Origin: a virus
Taxonomy: Duplodnaviria > Heunggongvirae > Uroviricota > Caudoviricetes
Strand: one strand, 5' to 3'
IMG/VR virus record: IMGVR_UViG_3300028797_000097
Length of the DNA: 64,000 nt
In this document: in pieces, positions 19,286 through 30,033 of the stretch
Numbering within the stretch: position 1 is the first letter of the stretch
How the letters are laid out: each line of letters starts with the position of its first letter
The notes under the pieces: generated by a model
What the model was told of the DNA's origin: nothing
The model's input: only the letters and a program-made list of their open reading frames with translations
The model's database searches: none
Translations under genes and position numbers: made by a program

Positions 19286-19975
19286 TTATTTATAGATAAA
19301 ATCAGAAGCTATTAGTCCAAGCGGATGTTCATCAGTCTTGGTTATAAAAACTTCCTGAATATATTTTGGTTGATTATTTAGGTTTTCTATACCAAATTTA
19401 AGTTTCAATTCAAGTCGTAAAGACTCACAAAGCGAAAATGCGTCAATAATATCAGAAGTTGGAGCTGCACCTTTCTTACCGTCTTTTACTGGAGGTAAGT
19501 CAGAAATATCTAACAAAATATTACCATAACTCTTTTTCTCATTCATTTCAAGAAGAGTATTTTTCATTCTGATTTTATCAGCATTACCATAATCAGAGAA
19601 AAGTTTTTTATTCTGGTTAGGCGGATAAAATCTGAGTTTTTTACCTTCTCTAAATAGCATTTGTTTGATATATCCTTCAAATTCTGCCAAATCAAAGACT
19701 TTACCACTTTTACCACGAGATAATGCAAAGGCTTCAACTGCTATATAATCACAATCTTTACACCATTCTAAAATAGTATCTTCCAAGAAACTATAACGTT
19801 GATATATGTTATTGTAATCTTTATAACTGTAAAAGACCAACCCTGGTAATATAGCATTTTTCTTGACAGTTGTAAATCCATGTCTTTCTAAATTCTGAAT
19901 ATTAAATTTATCGTCAACTTCTTCGATAACGACACCCGAGCTGGTAATGGAAAGATCAAGTCCTGCAATTTTCAT
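19286..19975 (-). CDS. RuvC-like Holliday junction resolvase
   Basis: IAGLDLSITSSG, IAVEAF, LAEFEGYIK, GNADK, SDIIDAF. Confidence 0.8.
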   Translation of the reverse strand: MKIAGLDLSITSSGVVIEEVDDKFNIQNLERHGFTTVKKNAILPGLVFYSYKDYNNIYQRYSFLEDTILEWCKDCDYIAVEAFALSRGKSGKVFDLAEFEGYIKQMLFREGKKLRFYPPNQNKKLFSDYGNADKIRMKNTLLEMNEKKSYGNILLDISDLPPVKDGKKGAAPTSDIIDAFSLCESLRLELKLKFGIENLNNQPKYIQEVFITKTDEHPLGLIASDFIYK

Positions 19976-20003
19976 AATTTCACCTTTAAAATAAACACTT
20001 TTC

Positions 20004-20015
20004 TATTTATAAATA
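20004..20015. promoter_or_regulatory. Palindromic bidirectional late promoter TATTTATAAATA
   Basis: Between RuvC (-) and ORF 20023 (+). Confidence 0.75.
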
Positions 20016-20022
20016 TTTATGT

Positions 20023-21300
20023 ATGGCTAATATATATGTTGATTTGAAAAACGGTGAAATTCCAGCAATACCATTTGCGACTGGAAAAATATTTGATGTT
20101 AATTCGCCTATTGATAAGTCAAAAATACCAATAGATCCAGAAACAACAGACACCAATGATAATATTGATGAAAAAATAGCATCTGATAGTTTTATTACTC
20201 CAGTGGAATATTATAATAAGATTTCTGACGGAACACATGGTAGTGTTGAAAAAGATAAGCAGGGTTATTATAATGAAAATGGAACAAACTCCAATATTGA
20301 AATAAAGTGGTTCTGGTTAGAAGAATTAAAGAACTGGTGTACTTATATGGTTTCAACAAATGGCCATGAAGCACTTAATATTTTTACATTGAGCGTTTGG
20401 AATGGTAAGAATGGTTGGATTAGTATTGCAAATAGAACAATGTCTGGTGATCCTTATTCAATTTCACAAGATTTATTTTGCATTCGTAAATTCCAAGAAC
20501 CATTTTTATTAGATGCGAGAGGATATTATTTATCTAATAATACATTTATTCCTGGAACAGATAAGCATGTATATGAAAAGCTTTATTCTGGTAAAAATGA
20601 TATTACGCAAATACGTGGTTTAGTTCAAAATGTATATCAAGATCAAGTTGTATCTTTATTGCCATTTAGATTACAACATATTATGGGTATTAGATTACAG
20701 AAAAATACAAAATATACAATAAATGACCAAAACAATTTCCAGACAATACGTTGGAATACTTTATATAATCCAGTTACCGCAGAAAAAGTAATTGGAACTT
20801 ATTTAGGTGCATATGCACAAGCAAATGTAAGATACCCGGTATCAACTGGTATTCCTACTGTTTGGCGATTGCCATCTGGTGATATATTTTTAGCTACAAC
20901 ATTTTATTGGAATGCTGATAATGGCAATGCATATTATTTTGCAAAAGATGAAGGTGGATTATTTAGAAAAAGATTTTATAAAACTGGTGATACACCGGAA
21001 TTTAAGATGATGGGTGATAATGACTTTACTGCTGCATCATGGATTAATTCATTATGTGCTAGTTATTTTGGTTCTGGTAATAATAAGACAATAGAAAATG
21101 ATTGGTTAAGAGAAAAACCACCAGCAACTAATGATGAAACAGATTATTCTATTGATTATACTAATATGCTTGATACAACTAAAACGTTTGAACAACATAA
21201 TATAAATAAAGAAAATTCTATGAAGTGTACTTTTACGGTTCATAGACCGAATGTTACAACAGAAGAAGCTCAGACACCTGATTACGCTAAAAAGTGGTAA
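20023..21300 (+). CDS. Hypothetical virion protein
   Basis: 425 aa, N/T/Y-rich, heads a late operon. Confidence 0.5.
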   Translation: MANIYVDLKNGEIPAIPFATGKIFDVNSPIDKSKIPIDPETTDTNDNIDEKIASDSFITPVEYYNKISDGTHGSVEKDKQGYYNENGTNSNIEIKWFWLEELKNWCTYMVSTNGHEALNIFTLSVWNGKNGWISIANRTMSGDPYSISQDLFCIRKFQEPFLLDARGYYLSNNTFIPGTDKHVYEKLYSGKNDITQIRGLVQNVYQDQVVSLLPFRLQHIMGIRLQKNTKYTINDQNNFQTIRWNTLYNPVTAEKVIGTYLGAYAQANVRYPVSTGIPTVWRLPSGDIFLATTFYWNADNGNAYYFAKDEGGLFRKRFYKTGDTPEFKMMGDNDFTAASWINSLCASYFGSGNNKTIENDWLREKPPATNDETDYSIDYTNMLDTTKTFEQHNINKENSMKCTFTVHRPNVTTEEAQTPDYAKKW

Positions 21301-21304
21301 ATAA

Positions 21305-24300
21305 ATGGAATCTTTTATTTTTAATGATTTTAAGAGAAGAATAATTGAAGGCGAAGTGCCTCTATCAGATACTTGGACACTGTTCCCAGTAAATAAGTCA
21401 TTTACTGCGGAATTTGATGGTAAACTTGAGTATATTAAAAGTAGTAATGATCTTAAATTGTTTTATCAAGCAAATCATAAAGATGAAATTTATGATTTTG
21501 ACAATTTTAAAACAAATATGTTTTTGGAAAATTATATTTATGAAAAGCTTGAAACTACTGATTTAAAGTCAAAACCATTTTTTGTTACTGAAGACAATTT
21601 TGAATATTTCTTAACTATATTTCCAGGACAAGAACATTTAAGAGAATTGTTCTTTAGTGCTAATGAGGACCGTACTGTTTTTTATAATTTTTCAAGACCT
21701 GACCATAAAGTTAAAGAAGCAGTTGGTGATAATATTGTAGAAAAAGATGTATTCCGTGGTTTTTATTATGTAAATACTGCTGAAGAATTAAAGTGGTGTG
21801 CAGATAAAGTTAATGGAACAATTTATGATAATAAAATCAATATTGTATTAGGTGATAATATTGGTGTTAATAAAGAAAATTTTACAATTGATTCAATAGG
21901 AAATACATCTATTGATAATAATTCTGATTTTAAAATAATCAATTTTTCAATCGGTTCAAATCCAGCACAGCCATTTGAAGGTATTTTCTATGGTAATGGT
22001 TTTAAATTCGTTAATATAGTTCTTGATTGTCAAGAAGATGTTAATGGTATTTTTGGTTATATTGGAACAGAAGGTATAGTTTCTACTGTTAGAATTGATG
22101 GTGTTAATATTTTAAGATGTAAAAAAGCAATTTCATTAACACATTTAACAACTGATGGTTCTAACATTTATGCAGGTATATTATGCGGTAAAAATAATGG
22201 CGCTATAGAAAATGTAACTGTTAATGGTAATGTTATTTTTACAAAGTTTGTTCCTAAAATGTATCATTCTAAAATGAAGACTGATAATAAGGACCAAGCA
22301 CAATCAACTACAACTTTTGAATATTATCCAAATTATTATTGTTATGATAATCCAGGTAATATTATTCCTTACATTGGTTATTTCAATGAAGGTGTTTTCG
22401 CAACATTTTCTGGATATAATGCACAAGGTAATATTCAATTCTATTGGAATACTGAATCTCCAGTTCTTTATGAAGGTATAACTCAAGATACAAATGCTAT
22501 TCAATCACCATTGGAATGGTATTATTTTGATTCTCGTCCAAATATTAGCGATGAGACACATTCGTATTTTTACATGTATAATACTTATGTTAAGAATCGT
22601 CTTAATGTATTGTGGTATGATGGAACTATTATTGATAAAGCTGCTCAAATGGCAGGTAAAAAAGCTGGACAAATCTGTTCTAATGGTTTATATTTAGTAG
22701 AACCATCAGATTTATTAGGATATGATCCTAATGGTACATATCTTAGAAATCAATACGGTTTAAGTCCACAAATATACAATAGATTAAAATATGCACAATA
22801 TTTTAATAAGTCTATAAAATTATCTCAACAAAATAGAGCAGCATATTATGTTTCACCATTAATTGGTAACAATAATAATATTGTTAATAATGTTTGTATA
22901 TCATGTTCTGCATATACGTCTGGAACTTTTGTTGGTTTCATGGGTGGTATTGCTGGTATGCAAAATTATGGTAATCTTTCAAATATATGTAGTTGTATTA
23001 GTGCATATGATGTTCCAGAAACTTCTACAGATTTAAAACAAAAAACATATTATAAGCGTGATTGGGAATATAATACTTTAAACGGCGTTGAATATGTATT
23101 CCCAAAGAAGAGTATTAAAAATATTGGCGGTTTATTTGGTGCTTGTGTTGTTCAAGGCAATTATGGAGTTCCTGGACTTACAATAACTAATGTTGTTGCT
23201 CATTTAAATAATAAAAATAATATTATTTTTAGAGATAGCCTTGAAACCCCAATGTATGATGACTATTATTTTAATAATAGATTTGGAACATTTGCTGCAA
23301 TGATGGAGCTTAATACTTCTAACATTAGTGATTTTTGGAATTATACTCATGAATTAAATAATCCGCAAAATAGATGTATTAAAGTAACAAATGGCATTTT
23401 TGGTTATGCTGAATATTTTGCTGCTGAAGATGGTGTATTAAAATGTTCTCCATATTGTATTGAATCAGAAGGAGTTAGTAATTACCAATATTGGATGTAT
23501 GGTGTTGCTTCACCATTATTTGCTGAATTGAAACCTACTTATTTGGCAACACCATCTATTATTTCAACATTATTTGAAAATGTTGGTACTCCATTAGAAA
23601 ATAATAATACATATTCTCATGTTGGTATTTTTGGTGTTGACCAAAATTTTGCTGCACCATTCTCTAATCCTAATTTCTGGTCAATTAATACAGAATTAGA
23701 TTTACCTGGTGTTGGTGGCACTCAAATAGAAGATACTGTTAATCATACTACTGGCAACTTTGATGTATTTACTGCTGCTGGTGGTATTCCAAATAGTATT
23801 ATTGATAGATTAAATACACCATATTCTGAAAACTTCTCAATTGACCTTAGTTTAATGGCATCAAAACTTGTTTATTGGGAAAATTGCCAGATTAATAATA
23901 ATTACAATCAAGCAGCACAAGTTTTTACAACAGTTAAATATCCAGCTGCAGCACAAATTCAACCTGCTTATTGTGCAACAGCAGTAGATGCAAATATGAA
24001 TGCTGTTGGTGATATTTTACAATGTAACGGTGCAATAACTCAAGCAGCTACGGCAGTTGGTTTTAACTCTCATAATGTCTTAGATTATGCAGCAAATAAA
24101 GTTCTAACTACATATCCATATTTTGGTTCAGATTTAGAGCTCGTTCCAAACCATGATTTGACTTATTTACGAGATCAATTAGGTCATGGATTTAAAAAAG
24201 TAGCATTTACGGCACAAAATCCAGCATTTAATCAAGCACAATCTGACTTCTATGTTTATGATGGCGTTGTTAATGACCACCAGTTAGCAAATAACGTTAA

Positions 24301-26200
24301 AGAAGTATATATGACCATAGAAGAAGAGGCATTCCAATATAAGCCATTCACAGATGTTCCTATTCCAGGTGGTAATAGAGATGCTCAAGTTGCTAAAATT
24401 AATCAACTTTATAAAGTTTCTGCACTTCTATCACAAGAAAATGGTTGTAATTCTAATAGAACTGGTGTAAAAGAAGGTAGATTAGTTCAGCTTTCTCATA
24501 AGTTTGGTTGGAGAGGACATTATAATGAACGTTTATATGTTCCTCAAATTAAAATAAATTATGGTTTTTCAATATACAGTGATTATACATCAGATGATGA
24601 ACGTTATAATACTTTTGTTATTCCATTCGATGTATTTACTGAACAAGATGCAGCAGCCGTAGATACTCCAAGGCCATGGCCACCTGATAGTACATTTGAA
24701 GGATTCTATATAATTTCTTATGTTGATAATGGTAGATATGGTGATTTAAATGATGATGGACATGATTATCAGTGGAGAGAACCAGGTCGTGGCATTGGTA
24801 GTATACATAATTATTTAAATATTACTAAATCAGAAGTAATTCCAATTACTGAATATTTTACAGGATTTGCTGACGCAGAAAGAACAGTTCAAAATTGGAC
24901 TCAAATTCCGCCTGTTCCATCAATTTCACGTAAAAAAGTTGTTGCAAAATATAGATGGGTTGCAGAAAATAATAGATATGAATTTATTGCAGCAGCTGAT
25001 CCGGCTCAAACAACAACTGATTTTAGTTTGGCAGCAACAGGTTATTTCGCTAATGATATAACTACTATTACAGATAGTTCAGATACTGCAGAAACTATTG
25101 CATATAAGAAAGCTCATTTCTTTATGGATGTGAATAGAGTAGTATCGGCTGATGATGGTAAAAAATATCAATGTTATGGTCCAGTAGAAGGAGAACAATT
25201 AACATTTTATCCGGCTGGTAGCCAATCTCCATCTACATTACCAGCAAATCCAGATTTAGTAATTATAGCAGATAATTCTAAAGGTATGAATGAAACTGCA
25301 ATAAATTTAACTAATGTAACAATAGAAGAACTTAACTGGCAAACACAATTTGAAAAAATTGCTGCTATTGAGCCAGGCTTCACTGTACATTTTATTAATG
25401 ATTGGCCAGTAACAGCACCATATGCTTATAATTATGTATCATTAAATTATGCATTATATACTACAAAAGATAATAACCCAGATAATATTACATATCCAGA
25501 ACCATGGTATAGATTAGGTATAAAAGGTAAATTTTATAATAATTTAGCTATGTCAACTCATGTTGATAATCCAGGATTAGTTGCTGCTGGAGAAAATTAT
25601 ATTGGTTATGATCCAGCATCATATTCAACATGGTTATATAATAGATCAACATCTATTAGAAACAATGTCAATGAAGCTAATAAAAATGTATCAACTCAAG
25701 ATGACCAATTATTAAATTACTATAAGTATACTTATGAAAAATCAGCACCATATCCGTATACTGATTGTAAAGATGGTATACCTTTAGATGTTAAGTTTGA
25801 TTATAAAAATGATAAAACTGGATTCTGGTTTAAAATGCCAAATACAAGTGGTCATATAGAATATAATGATAAGATTCATTATGGTAGTAATGTTTTCAAT
25901 ATTGGTAAAACATTAAGTCAAGATTCTTTATTAAATGGCTGTTTTGTTTCGGCACAAAAAATAAGAAATGAATATAAGTGGATTACTAGTGGTTTTTCTG
26001 CAGACGACTTTGAAGGTATATATATTAGAGATAGTAAAGAAAAACCAGTAATGTATATTGATGTTGGTTTAGGTGAATGTACTGAAGGAACATCATGGAC
26101 ATTAAGTGCATATCCATCAGTTAATTTTGAAACTGAAAATAAAGAAAGATATAATACATTAATAAATCAAACTAGTGGATTACTTTTGGAGATAGACTAA
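21305..26200 (+). CDS. Large fibre/appendage-like virion protein with GLUG-type beta-helix
   Basis: 1631 aa; PFEGIFYGNG...GIFGYIG...AGILCGKNNG...MGGIAG...IGGLFG repeats. Confidence 0.6.
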   Translation: MESFIFNDFKRRIIEGEVPLSDTWTLFPVNKSFTAEFDGKLEYIKSSNDLKLFYQANHKDEIYDFDNFKTNMFLENYIYEKLETTDLKSKPFFVTEDNFEYFLTIFPGQEHLRELFFSANEDRTVFYNFSRPDHKVKEAVGDNIVEKDVFRGFYYVNTAEELKWCADKVNGTIYDNKINIVLGDNIGVNKENFTIDSIGNTSIDNNSDFKIINFSIGSNPAQPFEGIFYGNGFKFVNIVLDCQEDVNGIFGYIGTEGIVSTVRIDGVNILRCKKAISLTHLTTDGSNIYAGILCGKNNGAIENVTVNGNVIFTKFVPKMYHSKMKTDNKDQAQSTTTFEYYPNYYCYDNPGNIIPYIGYFNEGVFATFSGYNAQGNIQFYWNTESPVLYEGITQDTNAIQSPLEWYYFDSRPNISDETHSYFYMYNTYVKNRLNVLWYDGTIIDKAAQMAGKKAGQICSNGLYLVEPSDLLGYDPNGTYLRNQYGLSPQIYNRLKYAQYFNKSIKLSQQNRAAYYVSPLIGNNNNIVNNVCISCSAYTSGTFVGFMGGIAGMQNYGNLSNICSCISAYDVPETSTDLKQKTYYKRDWEYNTLNGVEYVFPKKSIKNIGGLFGACVVQGNYGVPGLTITNVVAHLNNKNNIIFRDSLETPMYDDYYFNNRFGTFAAMMELNTSNISDFWNYTHELNNPQNRCIKVTNGIFGYAEYFAAEDGVLKCSPYCIESEGVSNYQYWMYGVASPLFAELKPTYLATPSIISTLFENVGTPLENNNTYSHVGIFGVDQNFAAPFSNPNFWSINTELDLPGVGGTQIEDTVNHTTGNFDVFTAAGGIPNSIIDRLNTPYSENFSIDLSLMASKLVYWENCQINNNYNQAAQVFTTVKYPAAAQIQPAYCATAVDANMNAVGDILQCNGAITQAATAVGFNSHNVLDYAANKVLTTYPYFGSDLELVPNHDLTYLRDQLGHGFKKVAFTAQNPAFNQAQSDFYVYDGVVNDHQLANNVKEVYMTIEEEAFQYKPFTDVPIPGGNRDAQVAKINQLYKVSALLSQENGCNSNRTGVKEGRLVQLSHKFGWRGHYNERLYVPQIKINYGFSIYSDYTSDDERYNTFVIPFDVFTEQDAAAVDTPRPWPPDSTFEGFYIISYVDNGRYGDLNDDGHDYQWREPGRGIGSIHNYLNITKSEVIPITEYFTGFADAERTVQNWTQIPPVPSISRKKVVAKYRWVAENNRYEFIAAADPAQTTTDFSLAATGYFANDITTITDSSDTAETIAYKKAHFFMDVNRVVSADDGKKYQCYGPVEGEQLTFYPAGSQSPSTLPANPDLVIIADNSKGMNETAINLTNVTIEELNWQTQFEKIAAIEPGFTVHFINDWPVTAPYAYNYVSLNYALYTTKDNNPDNITYPEPWYRLGIKGKFYNNLAMSTHVDNPGLVAAGENYIGYDPASYSTWLYNRSTSIRNNVNEANKNVSTQDDQLLNYYKYTYEKSAPYPYTDCKDGIPLDVKFDYKNDKTGFWFKMPNTSGHIEYNDKIHYGSNVFNIGKTLSQDSLLNGCFVSAQKIRNEYKWITSGFSADDFEGIYIRDSKEKPVMYIDVGLGECTEGTSWTLSAYPSVNFETENKERYNTLINQTSGLLLEID

Positions 26201-27147
26201 TGAGCAAACCATATGTATTTAATTCATTTAAACATCTTTTGTTTAAAACCGGCTCTGGTAAAAATGCTGATTTATATAATAGCATATATTTTGATGCATG
26301 GTTATGTCCAAAAGGTAGGAATTTTTCCGGAATTAAAAGAATAGATGCTAATCTTCGTACTTATTTTCCAGATCCAAATGGAAATGATAGTAGTAAAATG
26401 ATTAGCTATGTAGCTAATTTAGGTTTATTACAAAGAGAAAATGTTTTCAGCGAAGATGGATTACCATCTGAGGATTGTTATCAGTCTGAAAATTTTTTAA
26501 ATATTCCTGCTTCTGCCTATATTTTTTCAAAAAGACAATATCCGCAAGGTTGTATAGTTGATAGAGACTATAATTATCGTTCTTATGATTATTATGTTGA
26601 TGATACAACATTAGATACTGTTCATAAGTATTATGATCCAATCATGAATCCAACAAATGATTATAATATAGAAAAAGTACGTAGTAATTTGGAAGCAAGA
26701 AATGGTTTTCATAGCGACGTAGAAAGTACATGGACATCTGGTTTAAAACCGTATTTTGAATCAGAATATGGTTTTACAAGTGGATATAACTCAACTGAAT
26801 ATGCTGCATATAATATTAAAGAATTGCCATTGGTTGAAAATCAAATAAATGTTAAATCTCCAGTAAGACAATTTGATATTCCTCCAGTAAATATGGTAGG
26901 TGGATCATTATTCATAACCTGGTATAATGGAGAAAGACAGACATTATATAACAATAATGGTAATTTAGTAACAGAAGAAATTGATCCAGCTACTAAAAAG
27001 AAAAATCCATTAGTGTTTAGAAATTTTCCAGCTAATAGTGCTAGTTGTATTCCAGTATGTTATATGGATTTACCACAGTCATATAATTTGAATAATGTTC
27101 TATTAAATATAGAATGGTCAGAAAATGGCTTATTTTCTCTAAAATAG
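26200..27147 (+). CDS. Hypothetical virion protein
   Basis: N-terminus YVFNSFK resembles that of the upstream gene (FIFNDFK); C-terminus IEWSENGLFSL. Confidence 0.5.
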   Translation: MSKPYVFNSFKHLLFKTGSGKNADLYNSIYFDAWLCPKGRNFSGIKRIDANLRTYFPDPNGNDSSKMISYVANLGLLQRENVFSEDGLPSEDCYQSENFLNIPASAYIFSKRQYPQGCIVDRDYNYRSYDYYVDDTTLDTVHKYYDPIMNPTNDYNIEKVRSNLEARNGFHSDVESTWTSGLKPYFESEYGFTSGYNSTEYAAYNIKELPLVENQINVKSPVRQFDIPPVNMVGGSLFITWYNGERQTLYNNNGNLVTEEIDPATKKKNPLVFRNFPANSASCIPVCYMDLPQSYNLNNVLLNIEWSENGLFSLK

Positions 27148-27222
27148 AATATAAATAAAATATGCGAAATTTATAGAAAAAATTCCTTTTCTATAAAAAA
27201 TAAAAATATTTTATTATATTTT

Positions 27223-27741
27223 ATGTCTATATACGGTAAAAGTTATACACAAGGTATATACAACCCGACAAAACCAGAGAAATGTATAAACATAAATGGT
27301 GCAATGGGAAGTAAATGCAATACGATTACGTATCGTAGCAGTTGGGAATTAAAATTCATGAAATTCTGTGACAAGTATGATTCAATACTTGAATGGGGTT
27401 CAGAAGTTTTAAAAATTCCATATATTTCAGAAGTCGATGGTAAGCAACATACTTACATTACCGACTTCTATTTTGTTTGTAAGGAAAAGACAGGCAAGAT
27501 AGTAAAATATATTCTTGAAGTAAAACCTAAATCTCAAATGCCGAGACTTGATGAATGTGGTCAGATTCTTTATCCTGATCCGCCGAAAGTCAGAAGTCAA
27601 AGAGCATTGAATGCTTGGCAAGAACGTTGCAATGTTCTAAGAGTTAATAATTCTAAATGGCAAGCAGCTCGTAGATGGTGTAGAGAACATGGTTTTGTTT
27701 TCAAGGTATTGACAGAAGAAGAAATCGGAATAAATTACTAA
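27223..27741 (+). CDS. gp4: Head completion nuclease (T4 gp4, TnsA-like)
   Basis: YRSSWELKFMKFCD, WGSE, IPY, YITDF, LEVKP, NNSKWQAA. Confidence 0.9.
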   Translation: MSIYGKSYTQGIYNPTKPEKCININGAMGSKCNTITYRSSWELKFMKFCDKYDSILEWGSEVLKIPYISEVDGKQHTYITDFYFVCKEKTGKIVKYILEVKPKSQMPRLDECGQILYPDPPKVRSQRALNAWQERCNVLRVNNSKWQAARRWCREHGFVFKVLTEEEIGINY

Positions 27742-27751
27742 TATAAATATA

Positions 27752-27774
27752 TTTAAATAAATTTACTATATTTG
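27752..27774 (+). promoter_or_regulatory. TTTAAA-N9-TATATTTG motif upstream of TerS
   Basis: Same motif class as at 5664, 7597 and 55606. Confidence 0.4.
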
Positions 27775-27779
27775 AATTT

Positions 27780-28331
27780 ATGGGAGTTTTTGATAATTTA
27801 AAAGAAGAATTCAATATTGAAGAAGCAGAATCACAGGTTAAGTCTGTGATTTCAACTGCTAATGAAAAGATTGAAGAAGTCAAAGAAGGTATAAAGACAC
27901 AAAAGTATACCATTGAAGATAAGGAATATATTAAAGCCGAACTTCAAGATTTGATTGCATCTGACCGTGAAGTCATGGAATCTTTAAAAGACATGATTGT
28001 AAATGGCGGTGGAACTCCAAATTTATATGCCGTTTATGCAACGGTTTCTAAATCTGTCAGAGAGAATGTTCAACAATTAAAAGAACTTTGCAAAGACATT
28101 ACAAATTATCAAGTTATTGAATCTAACGAAGAATTCAAAGAAAAAGCTTTGGCAAGTAAAGAAAGACTTGCAGAAAAGAGACTTGCTGGTAAGAGTAATG
28201 GAAACAATGCCCCTGGACAGATTACTCAAAATAATACGTATATTTTTAATCCAAAAGAACAATACGAAGTAATGAAAAAATTAGATATACCGGCAGTTCA
28301 AGTAGAACATCCGGATTTTGATTTGTCGTAG
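27780..28331 (+). CDS. gp16: Terminase small subunit (T4 gp16-like)
   Basis: DKEYIKAELQDLI...PNLYAVYATVSKSVRENVQQLKEL and C-terminal TQNNTYIF match the gp16 architecture. Confidence 0.65.
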   Translation: MGVFDNLKEEFNIEEAESQVKSVISTANEKIEEVKEGIKTQKYTIEDKEYIKAELQDLIASDREVMESLKDMIVNGGGTPNLYAVYATVSKSVRENVQQLKELCKDITNYQVIESNEEFKEKALASKERLAEKRLAGKSNGNNAPGQITQNNTYIFNPKEQYEVMKKLDIPAVQVEHPDFDLS

Positions 28332-28339
28332 AGGTAAAA

Positions 28340-28642
28340 TTGTTGTTTTCTGTATATTACAAGATAGAACATAGGGAAGAATTTCTTAAAAAACACTTTG
28401 ATAAAGTTTTCAAAACTTATACTGAAGAAGAAAAAGAAATTTCTATTGATCGTCTTACAGATTTAATGGAATTAATGGTAAATATGCTGTTAACAGGTGA
28501 TAAATGTGGACTTTATGACCTTTTAACAAAGAAAAATACAAAATCTGCAAGAGTTTTCTTCAATTATTTGACTTGTTCAAATATTCGTAGTATAAATAAA
28601 GAAATGATTAAAGACAGAATTAACGAAGTCTTTAAGATTTAA
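28340..28642 (+). CDS. Hypothetical protein
   Basis: 100 aa, TTG start with GAGG RBS. Confidence 0.5.
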   Translation: MLFSVYYKIEHREEFLKKHFDKVFKTYTEEEKEISIDRLTDLMELMVNMLLTGDKCGLYDLLTKKNTKSARVFFNYLTCSNIRSINKEMIKDRINEVFKI

Positions 28643-28653
28643 GGAACGCGATT

Positions 28654-29466
28654 ATGAAAAATATTAAAGAAATGTTAGATGCCGTAATTGAACCGATCAA
28701 GCTCGGTAGTGATTCCGGTTTTTCTAATTTTTTAACTGAAGAATCAGATTTTGAAGGAACTAGAATCATAACCGAAGAAGATGATCCATTTGGTGGTGCA
28801 GGTGGAGATATGGGTGGTGGTGATGCTGGTGGCGGAGATGCTGGCGGTGATCCATTTGGCGGTGGCGGAGACGCCGGCGGAGCAGGTGGCGGTGCTGACC
28901 CATTTGGTAACGATATGGGCGGTGGAGCTGGTGGTGGCTCTGATAATGGTGGTAATGGTGGCGGTGCCGAAGGTGGTGCCGAAGGTGAGGACGATGAAGA
29001 AAAAGACCCAGATGAAAATCCGGCTTTAACTGACGGTTCTCATGATCCTGACCCAGAATTCAATCAGGGTGAAACCGATCCAAATGACATAACATTGTCT
29101 AAGAATGCTTCAATTAGCAATAAGTTCAATATCACAGATATTATGAAGACTGTCTCGACAGTTATTCAGACATTGAGTGAAGACCAACTTGTTGAAATTG
29201 AAAAGGTAAAGAATGATGTTGAGTTAATATTTAATGGCTTCTTGCTCAATGAAGAAGATCTTGAATTCGATAATGTAGAAAATGCAATATTCTTAATTGA
29301 AAAGATTGCTGAAAAGTTAGATATTAAGCCAAAGTCTTATTTAATCCGAAAGATGAAAGAACCTTTGATTAAGAAGCGTGATAGTATTAAGCAAGATATT
29401 GCCACTAAGAAGGGTGAACTTAATACGACTCGAGACATTCTTACAAAACTTGATACTAAGATATAA
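28654..29466 (+). CDS. Glycine-rich hypothetical protein, possible head internal protein
   Basis: FLTE|E and IITE|E sites followed by GG(D/A)/DPFGG low-complexity repeats. Confidence 0.55.
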   Translation: MKNIKEMLDAVIEPIKLGSDSGFSNFLTEESDFEGTRIITEEDDPFGGAGGDMGGGDAGGGDAGGDPFGGGGDAGGAGGGADPFGNDMGGGAGGGSDNGGNGGGAEGGAEGEDDEEKDPDENPALTDGSHDPDPEFNQGETDPNDITLSKNASISNKFNITDIMKTVSTVIQTLSEDQLVEIEKVKNDVELIFNGFLLNEEDLEFDNVENAIFLIEKIAEKLDIKPKSYLIRKMKEPLIKKRDSIKQDIATKKGELNTTRDILTKLDTKI

Positions 29467-29470
29467 AAAG

Positions 29471-29496
29471 AAAACCGGTTTAAAAACCGGTTTTTT
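29471..29496. repeat. AAAACCGGTTT(T) double-palindrome terminator, copy 1
   Basis: Near-identical to 41082-41108 and 48180-48205. Confidence 0.8.
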
Positions 29497-29513
29497 ATTT
29501 TATTAAATATTTT

Positions 29514-30029
29514 TTAGTTCAAGTCAAATTCTGGAAGCTCAGACTTTTCACCTTCTGTTTGACCATCGTCTTCCATAACAGGTGATTCTGTCTGTTCTTC
29601 AACTACTGGTTTTTCCTGAACTGTCTCAACCACCTCTTTCTTCTTTCTTGTTTTCTTAGGCTTATTTTCAACAACCGGAGTTTCTTCAGTTGCTTGTGTT
29701 GTTTCAACATTTGTTTCAGGAACATTTGTAACCTCTACTTTATTTTCTTGTGCTTGTTTTTGTGCCTTCAAATTGGCAATAAATGCTTCATATTCAGCTT
29801 CGAAAGTATCTAATGCTGGAGTTCTACGAGAACTATAACCACCACGACCGTGACGTTCTGGAATAGCAGGTGCTACAGGTTCTGGTAAATCTACGCCAAT
29901 TAATTCAGCACGTTGCTTGTCCATTTCAGAGTATTGAGTACCATTATGAATTGAATTATAACGGTCTTTCATACGTGCCTGTAAATCGGCTAAAAAGTTC
30001 TTATTTCTTGTATTGATTTTTCTTCCCAT
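29514..30029 (-). CDS. Hypothetical protein
   Basis: Start moved to ATG 30029 (AAGGA RBS); basic N-terminus, E/T/P-rich C-terminus. Confidence 0.55.
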   Translation of the reverse strand: MGRKINTRNKNFLADLQARMKDRYNSIHNGTQYSEMDKQRAELIGVDLPEPVAPAIPERHGRGGYSSRRTPALDTFEAEYEAFIANLKAQKQAQENKVEVTNVPETNVETTQATEETPVVENKPKKTRKKKEVVETVQEKPVVEEQTESPVMEDDGQTEGEKSELPEFDLN

Positions 30030-30033
30030 TTTA

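Noticed and set aside
28780-28990. GC-rich repeats resembling an array
   Set aside because: They are Gly codons within an ORF, with no constant repeat-spacer period, so not CRISPR.
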